Position numbers and translations under genes: made by a program. The notes under the pieces are model-generated. The model saw only the letters and a program-made list of their open reading frames with translations, did not search any database and was not told where the DNA came from. Of a DNA stretch of 64,000 bases, positions 38,007 to 50,801 are shown piece by piece. The DNA lies in assembly GCA_020891255.1 (NCBI GenBank), contig BQFW01000005.1:1736001-1800000 (forward strand). Direction: 5' to 3'. Numbering within the stretch: position 1 is the stretch's first letter; the number at the start of each line of letters is the position of its first letter. Source of the stretch: Entomortierella parvispora E1425 (taxonomy: Eukaryota; Fungi; Mortierellomycota).

Positions 38007-41000
38007 TATGAATAAATGTGTATATGCGCAGAAGGGGATATGGGGTGGAGGTGAAGGCCAGATGCAAGGAGGGAAAGAGGGGACGAGAAGGAGCAAGAAG
38101 AAGAGGAGCTCGCTCTTTTTAAAGGATTTTTTCCACGGTTCTCTTTCGGAAAGCAACCGGTGTAAAGTGAATTTTGGTAAAAATAACGTAGCGATTACAG
38201 AGGGTCATAACCCAGACGCAGCGGACATTCATCTCCCGGTGACCCACGCCCCAGTTTCTGCAGTTTTTAGTAATTCAGGATTCGTCCATGGCGGACTCTA
38301 ATATTCTCCGACAGAACCTGCAGAAGGGATGGGCGAACTAAACGTCTCAGAGTCATGACGGTACGTATCCTTTCCTCCGTACCAGGGCCTTCTTTTCTTC
38401 TGTCTGTTTATTGTTTTTGTCGGATGGCTGTTTATCAGGCGATTTGCCGGATACTTCACTTCCGCTCTGCAGAAAAAAAAAGGTACACAGCTCAGGATGA
38501 CTCTTTTTTTGCCTGGGATGGGTTTGTGCAATTGATTGCACTAGATAAGGGCTACACCTTCAGTCAAAACGGCAAACTCTTCGTCCCAAGTGTAATCAAC
38601 GATGACGAGCCCAGCTTAGAAATCGATGGAACGGGTCTAGATGCAAGCTATCCTATTCTCCGATCGCCATGCACATCAACACAGGAGATTCAAGGCCTAC
38701 TCTGTAATAAAATATTTTTATTGGTATTCTTCATCACTGCTGACGATGATGCCTCAAGGTGGGATTTTGAGAGGATGATGCCGGTTGGTACAATCAAACT
38801 TGCAATTGCTATTGCGGCCGTTACCGACGGTGCTGACTGCAACCCTCTTGAGAGGATTGAGAGATACCGAGCTATCCTTCTTCTGTGAAGTGCTGCTTGG
38901 TGTGCGGAGGCCTGGAATCTTCTGCCGGTATTTTCTGTAGATATGGCTCTCTGGGCCAGTGCTGATATGGTGCAAAGGAGAGTGTGGAGTTGAGAGTGGC
39001 GAGTGTTATAAGAACTCGACGGTGCGCTTTCAAACGCCATCGACCGGCTGTAGGACTAATAGGCCATTGACTTCGCTACAGTGCAGACAAGCGTCGCACT
39101 CTTTGGTAACAACATTTTCCTTGACCTGCCCCGCGTCGATAGCTGCTTTGGAGATGTGCACAGAGACAAGTTTCCTGAGGTGGTTGTAGAGGTGGAGTGT
39201 TGATCTCCCCCCCCCCCCATGGGGGGATCTTCGCTCACTGCAGTCTCAAACTCAGTCCACTGGATACCAAATTTGTCTTGGTCAAAGTGACCCGACAGGT
39301 TTGAGGGATCCGAACAGAGGACTTCTTTTTCGAGACAGAAGGAGCCTCACGTAGTAGAAACATGTGGAGTTATGGAAATGGGGCAGACCTTGTCGACATG
39401 AACATTGAGAGCGAGCGTCGTTGGATGGGATGAGCAATCGTGTTGCTGGTCAAGAGGTAATGGACTCATGGACAAATTGTGTGGAGAGTCTAGAGCACAA
39501 TTGGTGCATTTAATTGCGTCGTCACCGTAGATGCTTCCACGTTGATATATTCACGGTCCGACAAGAAACGACCCATGGACAAAGAGCCATGGATGCCTGA
39601 CTCTTCGCGCGGGTGACAATTCTGTTCTGGACTATTTTCGACCTGAGGGTGTCGGGGGAGATGTGTGGGTAAACAAGTTCGAAAGGACTCTGTGCTCCTT
39701 TTTTTCTTTTTCTTTACAAGAAATTGGGAAACAGTCTGCCAATCTTGATTTCAAGGTCGTTGTCGAGCGAAAACCCGGTTGATCCCATGTTCAGAGTCCC
39801 CCATGCCTTCAGAGGAGACTATCATATCTTTCAAACTAAAGGTTTCCAGGCTGGAAGTCCTGGCAATTTAAAGATGACGACGACCTTGGTCACGCAAAGA
39901 TCCGCTCTTTAGGAGGGCTTTGAGGAAGAACTTTTTTTTATCAATTTACTCACGCTCTCAAGCACAAGACTACAACTTTGCTAGCATCTTTGTTGTGTTC
40001 CACCTTTCGTCCCCTTTTCTCCCCACCCCCTTTTTTCTTTTTTCCTTCTTGGAGAGTTTCTTACGATTATTTGTTATCGTGCTAGACCCCTTTTTTGTTT
40101 GTTATCCGTGTTCGCGATTTGGCGTGCTTTCCAGACCCACCACATGTAGAATGTTGTTCTCCTCTCGACCCCTTTTGTCCTTCCCTTCTTCTGACTGGGT
40201 TGAGCACCTTCTCGTTCGGGGAAGATATTGCTTACAGAATTCATTGAGTTTCTTGGAATAACTTTTCGAACTAGTCGTCGTGTGCATATTTTTCGTGGGC
40301 AAGACTAAGAACTTTGGCATTTAGCTGTTGTCAATGGTGGATCGAAAAGAGTTTTTTTTTTTTTTTTTTTTTTTTGGAGCACACCGGCGTGAAGGGATTC
40401 CAACACTCACTAAAATCCTCCGTTCTTCCAGAAAGAAAAATGAGTCCATCAGTACCTGTTGATATCTCTCGCCAGAGACTATGCGAAGTTGCACGCTATG
40501 TTTGTATCGTTTCCACTTTTTCTATTTTTTGCGATCCGCACCCCTTTGCATAGCTGTGGAGAACATATAGGGGTGTTCCAGGTCATGCATTTGAACCGAC
40601 GGATAAATATCTCCTGTGGGCAACAGGCCCTTCTTCTGGTTCGAAGCAGAAAAGGGACTCTTGCTCCGAATGTTATCCATTCCTCCATTTATAGCCGAGG
40701 CAAGGAAAGTAAGGGAGTGTGTTTCCTAGCAGCGAAAAGATAAAAAAAAAAAGAGATTCCCACGCTCGCGGAAGTGCTTTGCCAAGGAAAGAAAAGAGAC
40801 AGAAAAAAAAGATGCGGTCGGCGCGTTAGTCAGTCCATCATACAAAGAATCCACCCTCCAATTGACAGCAGATACAGACTCGGGTTCGAATGATAGGCAT
40901 TCCGCCATGAAAAAACAGGGGCGTGGAAAAAGGGATGGGAAAGCTCTGCGCGAAAAGACGATGGATATTTCAATTGTATTTGTTTCTTTGCCGGATCATG

Positions 41001-41269
41001 GCTACTTCCGCGACACCGTGTCGCTCCTATTCAGATTCGGGACAACTTGTGGAATGAACGCTTTTCACCCTTGATCTCAACCCCTGGAATCCAAGCTAGT
41101 GGATCAACCATTGCTCAATAAAAAGAAATCCTCTTGATGGAACATCTTCCAACCTGGCATCATATCTCGCCATCTTCAGCACCCTTCCCTCTTTTTTTTT
41201 TTTTTTTTTTTTTTTTGCCGTACCGTCATTGTCGTTTTTCTTCACTGAAAGATCTCTGGAGGAACCAAC

Positions 41270-44200
41270 ATGAGGCTCCTCGCACCGCGTCTGACCGCCT
41301 ATGTGGCCATTGCTGGTATCCTTTGCCTTTCGTCAACCCTCGCCATCGATGTTGCGATTGAAAATGATATTGCCATGCCCAATGCGGACGTCAACGCCGC
41401 CATCCCCGATGAGGATTTTAGCGGCTTGAACCATGGAAAAAAGGATACCAAACCCTGCAGTAAGTTTCCGATGTGAAGACAGCCTAATCCCCTACATCTC
41501 AACGTCCACCCCAATCCTCACCTCGATCCGCCTTTGTTTGCAAACCCAAAGACTTTACTTTTCTAATGTGCCCTTTTCATCTCGGATGGTTCATCTTTCT
41601 TTGTCTAAAGAGAGGGAATTGAATCTTGTCTGCGACGACAAGGTTATCGACAAACTTATCTGCAAAATCAAAACGGCGCCAGCGGCCATGGCCTATGGCC
41701 TTTCTGACGTGGAGGGATCGCAAACTCCACTTGAAACCCCCGAAGACGCTACTCTTGAAGCGCTCAACAACGGTGGGGGCAATATTACCAAGGTCTACAT
41801 CTTTATGGACAAGCCATGCTCGAAGGAACTTCCGCCCCTTTGTGCTGCCGCTCTTGAGGCGGCGGCCGAGGAAGCGGCCGAGGCAGCGGAAGATGCAGAT
41901 GAAGCTAATAAGTCCGAAGAACCGCAGGCCCCTAACGCTCCTGCCGAAGTTGATCCTCAAGGCCTGGCCGACGAAGATGCGGATGCCGAAGCTGATATTG
42001 ATCTGTGGAAGAAGCACCATCAGAAGCATGGCAAGCATCACCGACACAGACACTCTAAGCATCCCCACAAAGGCCACCATCACCATGTCAAGCACCACAA
42101 ACATGATCGTCATGGCCACAGCAAGAAGAAGCACCCTTGGGAAGACCTTTGTGTTGCCGTTGGTGAATTTTGCGGTGATAACCTTTACGGGTGCGATTTC
42201 GATTTCAAGACACTCTACGCGTGCACAGCCGTTGGCGAAAAGCCCACGATTCTCCTGGCCAATGCAGTGAACTGTGGTGGAACGGACGACGGCGGTAAAT
42301 GCAACTGCAAGTCTACGGCCCCTGTTTGCGGCTCTTCTCTTGATCCCTCGTGCAAGGCTGATCCAAATGCCATCTATCACTGTCCCAATGGTATTGGTAC
42401 AAAGTACGAGGTATTGAAGATCTGCAGTCCTGGCACACAATGCAAGACAGATAAGGATGGAAACGCCATTTGTGGTTCCGACACCTGCCACTGCATGGGA
42501 ACTCAACAACGCTGCTCCAGTCATTTCCCTGAGAAGTGTGGTCTCCAAAAGAACTCCATCTATCAATGCAGTAGCTCTGGAGAGCCCGAGTTTGTTTCTT
42601 CCTGTGGCGATGACAAGATTTGTATCACCCATGAGGATGGAGCTATTTGCAGTAGCAAAGACTGCGACTGTACCGTGGATGGTACCGTGTGCGGCGAAAG
42701 ATTCCCCCCAGCGTGCAACATTCTATGTACCGGCCTCTATAAATGCAAGACGGGTCAGGCCCCAGTCTTGATCAAAAACTGCTATCCCAACCGTTGCACA
42801 TCCTCCATTGGAAGCCTTGAGGCCTCTGCTGTCTTTGAGGCTGCTGATGTCATGGACAGTTGCTCAGATCCTTGCAAATGCACCTCCAAGGGCAAGGTAA
42901 TGTAACTGGCTGCTGCGAAGACGTCTTTTTTTTTTTTTTTTTACCATTTGATCAAAGCAATCAACTGACTCGTTTTCCTGGTTTCTCTTCATATCGCCAC
43001 CGTAGTTCTGCGGCTCTACTTTCCCAATTTCTTGTGGTTTCGACACAATGGCTCTCTATAGCTGCGATGGAAGCGGTTCTACGCCAATCAAGGGTGAAAT
43101 ATGCAAAAAAGCATGCCTTGTACATGCTGGGGACAACTCCTGTGCCACCCCATGCCAGTGCCCGATCACCGACAGCGGAAAACCAGCATGCGGTGGAGCC
43201 CTCGATCCTTTGTGCAAGTTCGATCCTACAGCCATTTATTTCTGCCCCGGCGGTGCTGGATCCGATCCCCAGATCCTCAGGAAGTGTCTCCCTGGAACCC
43301 AATGCAACACTGACAACAGCGGTAATGCCAACTGTGGTTATGGGTCTTGCACCTGTCATGGTGATGTCGTGTCCTGCTCCAGACAATACCCAGCCGATTG
43401 CAATCTCGCCCCCAACAGTGTCTACAAATGCGGTTTCAACGGCAAGCCTGAACATGTCAAGACGTGCGATCCTGCTGAGGAGTGTGTTTCTACTGCCGAT
43501 GGAGCGTTCTGTGGCAATAAGGACTGCAAGTGTCCAGAAGATGGTACTGTCTGTGGTGACATCTTCCCAATTTCGTGCGGAATTGTCGCGCCAGCACTTT
43601 ATTATTGCAAGAAGGGAGAAGACCCCGTATTCGAAAAGACTTGTGAGCCTGGAACCTGTTCTTCCACCACGGGAGGCAATCCTCCCAACTCGGGAGGCAT
43701 GCCTGGCCAGTCAGTCTTTACTTCCGCAGACATTGACGACCACTGTGTTGATGACTGCAAGTGTGTAACCAGAGGAGAGGTATGTTATCCACCGCCTCCA
43801 TTCAACTTATCAGTAGATCATTGATCGGGGGCCCGGTTTTTCTAAAAAGAATGCACTTTTCTTCTACTGTCCTTTCTTTTTAGGTCTGTGGATCCACCTT
43901 CTCTCCCAGCTGCAAACATGAACCTGAGAGAATATACAAGTGCAGTGGCCCTGGTGCTGAACCCACACCTGATGAGCTCTGCAAAGATAAATGCATTGTC
44001 CAAGCCGGGGGTGCCATTTGCTCAGGCGATCCCAGCAACTGCAAGTGCCCGATCACCGACAGCGGAAAGCCAGCTTGCGGTGGAACCCTCGATCCTTTGT
44101 GCAAGTTCGATCCTACAGCCATTTATTTCTGCCCCGGCGGTGCTGGATCCGATCCCCAGATCCTCAGGAAGTGTCTCCCTGGAACCCAATGCAACACTGA

Positions 44201-47200
44201 CAACAGCGGTAATGCCAACTGTGGTTATGGGTCTTGCACCTGCCATGGTAATGTCGTGTCCTGCTCCGGACAATACCCAGCCGATTGCAATCTTGCCCCC
44301 AACAGTGTCTACAAATGCGGTTTCAACGGCAAGCCTGAGCTCGTCAAGACTTGCGATCCTGCTGAGGAGTGTGTTTCTACTGCCGATGGAGCGTTCTGTG
44401 GCAATAAGGACTGCAAGTGTCCAGATGATGGTACTGTCTGTGGTGACATCTTCCCAATTTCGTGCGGAATTGTCGCGCCAGCACTTTATACTTGCAAGAA
44501 GGGAGAAGACCCCGTGTTCCAAAAGACTTGTGAGCCTGGAACCTGTTCTTCCACCACGGGAGGCAATCCTCCCAACTCGGGAGGCAATCCTTCCAACTCA
44601 GTCTTTACTTCTGCAGCAATTAACGACTACTGTATTGATGACTGCAAGTGTGTAGCAAAGGGAGAGGTATGTTACCACCGCCTCCATTCAACTTACCAGT
44701 AGATCATTGATCGAGAGCCTGGGTTTTTCTAAAAAATCGCACGTTTCTTCTATTGTCCTTTCTTTTTAGGTCTGTGGATCCACTTTCTCTCCCAAGTGCA
44801 AGTTTGATCCTAAGACAATCTACCATTGCGACGGTCCTGGATCTGACCCCAAACCAGGCGAGACTTGCAAAGGTTCATGCATTGTCCAAGCCGGAGGTGC
44901 CATTTGCTCAGGCGACCCCAGCAGCTGCAAGTGCCCTCTCACCGACAGCGGAAAGCCAGCATGCGGTGGAACCCTCGATCCTTTGTGCAAGCTCGATCCT
45001 ACAGCCATTTATTTCTGCCCCTTCGGTGCCGGATCTGATCCCCAGATCCTCAGGAAGTGTCTCCCTGGAACTCAATGCAACACTGACAACGATGGAAACG
45101 CCGACTGTGGTTACGGGTCTTGCACCTGCCATGGTAATGTCGTGTCCTGCTCCGGACAATACCCAGCCGACTGCAATCTCACCCCCAACAGTGTCTACAA
45201 ATGCGGTTTCAACGGCAAGCCTGAGCTTGTCAAGACTTGCGATCCTGCTGAAGAGTGTGTTTCTACTGCTGATGGAGCGTTCTGTGGCAATAAGGACTGC
45301 AAGTGTCCAGATGATGGTACTGTCTGTGGTGACATCTTCCCAATTTCGTGCGGAATTGTCGCGCCAGCACTTTATACTTGCAAGAAGGGAGAAGACCCCG
45401 TATTCGAAAAGACTTGTGAGCCTGGAACCTGTTCTTCCACCACGGGAGGCAATCCTCCCAACTCGGGAGGCAATCCTTCCAACTCAGTCTTTACTTCTGC
45501 AGCAATTAACGACTACTGTATTGATGACTGCAAGTGTGTAGCAAAGGGAGAGGTATGTTACCACCGCCTCCATTCAACTTACCAGTAGATCATTGATCGA
45601 GAGCCTGGGTTTTTCTAAAAAATCGCACGTTTCTTCTACTGTCCTTTCTCTTTAGGTCTGTGGATCCACTTTCTCTCCCATCTGCAAGTTTGATCCTAAG
45701 ACAATCTACCATTGCGACGGTCCTGGATCTGACCCCACACCAGGCGAGGCTTGCAAAGGTTCATGCATTGTCCAAGCCGGAGGTGCCATTTGCTCAGGCG
45801 ACCCCAGCAGCTGCAAGTGCCCTCTCACCGACAGCGGAAAGCCAGCATGCGGTGGAACCCTCGATCCTTTGTGCAAGCTCGATCCTACAGCCATTTATTT
45901 CTGCCCCTTCGGTGCCGGATCTGATCCCCAGATCCTCAGGAAGTGTCTCCCTGGAACTCAATGCAACACTGACAACGATGGAAACGCCGACTGTGGTTAC
46001 GGGTCTTGCACCTGCCATGGTAATGTCGTGTCCTGCTCCGGACAATACCCAGCCGACTGCAATCTCACCCCCAACAGTGTCTACAAATGCGGTTTCAACG
46101 GCAAGCCTGAGCTTGTCAAGACTTGCGATCCTGCTGAAGAGTGTGTTTCTACTGCTGATGGAGCGTTCTGTGGCAATAAGGACTGCAAGTGTCCAGATGA
46201 TGGTACTGTCTGTGGTGACATCTTCCCAATTTCGTGCGGAATTGTCGCGCCAGCACTTTATACTTGCAAGAAGGGAGAAGACCCCGTGTTCCAAAAGACT
46301 TGTGAGCCTGGAACCTGTTCTTCCACCACGGGAGGCATGTCTGGCCAGTCAGTCTTTACTTCTGAAGCACTTAACGACCATTGTATTGATGACTGCAAGT
46401 GTGTAACCAAAGGAGAGGTATGTTATCCACCGCCTCCATTCAACTTATAGTAGATCATTGATCGGGGGCCTGGGTTTTTCTAAAAGCAAACGCCCTTTTC
46501 TTCTACTGTCCTTTCTCTTTAGGTCTGTGGATCCACTTTCTCTCCCATCTGCAAGTTTGATCCTAAGACAATCTACCACTGCGACGGTCCTGGATCTGAC
46601 CCCACACCAGGCGAGGCTTGCAAAGGTTCATGCATTGTCCAAGCCGGAGGTGCCATTTGCTCAGGCGATCCCAGCAGCTGCAAGTGCCCGCTCACCGACA
46701 GCGGAAAGCCAACATGCGGCGGAATTCTCGATCCTGCGTGCAAGCTCGATCCTACAGCCATTTATTTCTGCCCCGGCGGTGCCGGATCCGATCCTCAGAT
46801 CCTCAGGAAGTGTCTCCCTGGAACCCAATGCAACACTGACAACGACGGAAACGCCGACTGTGGTTATGGGTCTTGCACCTGCTCTGGTGATGTTGTGGCC
46901 TGCTCCGGACAATACCCAGCCGATTGCAATCTCGTCCCCAACAGTGTCTACAACTGCGGTCCCAACGGCAAGCCTGGGCTTGTCAAGACTTGCGATCCTA
47001 CTGAGGAGTGTGTTTCTACTGCCGACGGAGCGTTCTGTGGCAATAAGGACTGCAAGTGTCCCGATGATGGCACTGTCTGTGGTGACATCTTCCCAATTTC
47101 GTGCGGAATTGTTGGGCCAGCACTTTATACTTGCAAGAAGGGAGAAGACCCCATCTTCCAAAAGACTTGTGAGCCTGGAACCTGTTCCAACACGGGAGGC

Positions 47201-50200
47201 GCTTCCTCCACCTCAGTCTTCACTTCTGAAGCAATTAACGACCAGTGTATTGATGACTGCAAGTGTGTAGCAAAGGGAGAGGTATGTTATCCACCGCCTT
47301 CAGTAATCTTATTAGTAGATCGCTGATCGGGGGCCTGTGTTTTTCTAAAAAAGACGCACTTTTCTTCTACTGTCCTTCCTTTTTAGGTCTGTGGATCCAC
47401 CTTCTCTCCCCAGTGCAAGTTTGCTCCCGAGACAATCTACCACTGCGACGGTCCTGGATCTGACCCCACACCAGGCGAGCCTTGCAAAGGTAAATGCATT
47501 GTCCAAGCCGGAGGTGCCACTTGCTCAGGCGATCCCAACGGCGATTGCGAATGCACGAAGGTTGGCGACACCTGTGGTTCAGCTTTTGACCCATCTTGTG
47601 GCAAGGACAAGAACACCCTGTATACTTGCTCGGCTGTTGGTGCTGCGCCAGAATTGAAGCAGGCTTGCAATGGCGTGTGTCTCGTTGAGGCTGGCGTCGC
47701 TGCCTGTCACTGCGTGTGCACCGACGATGGACCAGTGTGTGGATCGGCCTTTGCTCCCAGCTGTGGTCTGGCAGACAACACGTTGTATGGCTGCACCACT
47801 GGAGGCGTGCCTGTTATTATCAAGAACTGTGATCCTGGCACTTGCTCCGCCAATGTTGCTGGTGCTAGTAACGGTGGTAATTCTGTTTCTTTTCGGGACG
47901 ACGATGGCATCTTCAAGGCCTTTGCGAACTCCGATTTCTGTATTGATCAGTGCTCGTGCACGCAGGAGAACGCCTTGGTAAGTGATCGCAAAGTTTTCTC
48001 CCTCCAGAGTGAATGCCTCGTTCCTTTAATTTTGAAGCTCTTTGGCCAACTTTTGCTCAATGTTCTTCTGTTCATTCATCAATCCTTAGGTCTGCTCGGA
48101 TACATTCCCAGCCGTCTGCCCCTACAAGAAAGGAATTCTTATGAGCTGCACCACCCTCAACGCAATCCCAACCATCGCACAGAACTGCACCAACGGCTGC
48201 CTTGTGGAGCCTGGAAATGACAAGTGCGAAGACCCCCCTAACCCCCCTAATCTGTGTGCTTGTCGAAAGACTGGTGATTCCTGCAGTAGCAGCTTCCCCG
48301 CCAACTGCCCTTTGGAAGCCAACACCCTATACAAATGTTCTAGCGTGGGTGCCCTTCCCGTCAAGGACGCGACCTGCACGAGCTCTGAGATCTGCACTGT
48401 CGTTGCTGGTGGTATCGATTTCTGCGGAAACTCGAATTGCACATGTGTTGGTACCGGCCCTGTCTGTGGCAGCGCCTTCCCACCCAGCTGCAACAAGGTT
48501 GCTACTTCTGTCTACACTTGCCCTGCTGGGTCTGAAACCCCTTGCCAGGCAGGATGCGCCGATGGAGTGTGCCCACAACCTGGATGTGTGTGTAGCGGGG
48601 ACGGAACTTTCTGTGGCTCTACGTTTTCGCCTTCCTGCAACCTTCCGCCCAATACGCTCTACACGTGTACCGCTAGTCAGTCTCCTGTCTTGGTTGCCGA
48701 TTGTGGTGATGAAGCTTGTGTTGGTTCAGTTCCTGCAGGTGGTTCACATTGTCAAGACCCGTGCTTGTGCAAGGGTACTCACAAAGTACGTACTTTGATG
48801 AATGGATGTTAAGACGTTTGATTCTGAGATTAACCGAGAACGGATTTTTTTTCTATGACCGTTTAGGTCTGTGGTTCCACGTTCCCCCCAAGCTGCGGTT
48901 GGTCGGCTACTTCGTTGTACACTTGTACCACAGTAGGCGCCCAACCCTCCGACGGAACGAACTGCACCGCTGGCTGTGAGCTCTCTAGCCCCGACAACCA
49001 GTGTGCTGTTGATCCTCCCCCTCCTACCTGCAGTGCCACGAATGCAATCACCGCTGTCCAGGCGGTTGTTGCGTCGTTGACAAGCACCATTACCGCGACC
49101 AAGGCAGACAATGTGTCTGTTGTGGACCTGCCAGTGTTATTGCAGTTCTTCACAACCCTCGAATCCAACTTGAGCAGTGCAGCCTCCTCAGAAAGCGCGC
49201 TCACTCAACTTGCTGGCTCTGCGTACAACTCTGCCAATTCCGTATTTTCGCTTCTGGCTGGTGCACTGAATGAGACTCTGTTCCAGAATGCCACCATCAA
49301 TATGTTGGCCCCAGTGAACTCGACTCTACAAACCGGGCTGCTGAGCGCGCTGCAAGCGCTCGTCACTTGCACAGGAAGCACCACCAAAGATTGTACTGCA
49401 TTGGACCAACTCTTCAACGCCTTTACCGATGCTGCCCTGACATACGTCTCTCAATTCACCACCCCCGTGGCCGATCAAAGGGCGAGCAATACAACTGCAG
49501 GAACTGCAACGTTTAGCGCCCAGCTTACCACCGCGGCGAATGACATCACAAACGCCATTGCCACTGTCAACCAGACAGCTCTTGATGCCTCTGGATTACT
49601 CCTCAACCTGATCATTGGTCTGGCCAGTAACACACAGTACGGATCTGCCTCACAGGTGATGATCTTTGCCTACGACGCTGCTGGTTACGCAGCGGCATGT
49701 GCAGGTAAGATCATGAACAAACCAACAAGCAACAACTCCAGAAAAAATAATGATTGCATCCATTCATTTCTTGCATGTCTCTTTATACTTTAATTAACCG
49801 TCTCGCCTACTTTTTGGTTTTTCTTTTAGGTCTCAACGTCACGAATTGGCAAGATGTCTGCAATTCATTTTCACAGCGTACCCAGGGATTCCTTGCCGAT
49901 CTCGTCGGTGTGGTTCAAAACCTCTTGGGTCAGATTCCAATCGTGGGTCCTTACATTGTCGATCCTGTCCTGACTCAGCTAAGACAATTGCTCGTGGATG
50001 CGCAGACGGGTATCGCTACAGCGATTGGTGGTATTTTGTCGGCTGTACAGATGATTCTGTCTATCCTCAACATCGTTGGCAGCAATGACAGCACAGACCA
50101 AATCCGAGATTTCATCTTGGGCATGGTCGGCATCGCCACCCCCCCTTCCCAGTGCCCTCAGCCAAGTGGATGCGAAGGCGTCATCATGGCCGTCAAGATG

Positions 50201-50494
50201 CTTATCACCGCTATCTATGCCATTCTGAGCGCAATCCCTATGGTCGGACCTGCGGTAGTCGCTGTTCTCCAGCCGATTACGAATGCGTTCTTGACAGGAC
50301 TGAACTCGGCCACAGGGTCGGTTATCAGTTTAGCCGCAAGTACGTTGATCACAGCTATCTCGGGCATCAGCAATACTGTGGCGGCTATTCCTTTTATTGG
50401 TCCTGCTCTTACGACGGTTACGAACGCGATGGACGTTCTTGTCAACGGTGCCAAGGCCATCCTTAATTGCTACATCAATAACCCCGGCCTCTAG
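41270..50494 (+). CDS. Giant secreted Cys-rich repeat protein (about 2,700 aa) with a His-rich N-terminal segment and an amphipathic helical C-terminal domain
   Basis: Eleven phase-compatible GT-AG exons: 41270-41459, 41611-42896, 43006-43779, 43884-44666, 44770-45552, 45656-46417, 46523-47281, 47387-47977, 48090-48785, 48867-49704, 49830-50494 (sum 8127 nt). Signal peptide MRLLAPRLTAYVAIAGILCLSSTLA. Confidence 0.85.
43006..47500 (+). repeat. Tandem array of about five exon+intron units of 865-890 bp
   Basis: Near-identical introns of 103-105 nt (GTATGTTA...TTTAG) recur at 43780, 44667, 45553, 46418 and 47282, each between the same GE|VCGS codons. Confidence 0.95.
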
Positions 50495-50801
50495 TTTTTT
50501 TGTTTCTTTCTTTTTGAAAGTTACGGCATTGAACAATCAACATCGGGAACGACGACGGGCTTGTAAATAGTAGAGCCAAAAAGCAGCATTGAGTAGTATT
50601 GTGCCCTTGAAGGGGAAGGGAGGTTGTTTTTGACAAAAAAATCTTCAAGAACCACTATACCCATTGGCACGAACAAAGTTGTACAAAGTGAATAAAAAAA
50701 AAGTCTTTTTGATCCCCATTGGCAAGGTCAACACACTTTACGAACTCTGATTTTTTTTTAATAACAATTCGAAGTTCAAAATCTTTGACTTGGCTTCTTC
50801 A

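Noticed and set aside
38365-38373. GTATCCTTT matching the U12 minor-intron 5' consensus (similar hits at about 24969 and 41315)
   Set aside because: No host gene with a matching U12 branch site. One hit lies inside a signal-peptide codon run, so chance occurrence is sufficient. All reconstructed introns are ordinary GT-AG.
38355-39620. Possible degenerate gene (177-aa plus-strand ORF; Cys/His-containing minus-strand fragments)
   Set aside because: Trial splicing gives a premature stop and the fragments match nothing I recognise, so it is too weak to call.
13519-42943. Other long poly(A)/poly(T) tracts (13519, 33359, 40352, 41192, 42926) as possible retro-insertion tails
   Set aside because: No flanking TSDs and no similarity to the LINE 3'UTR; consistent with ordinary intergenic or intronic homopolymers.
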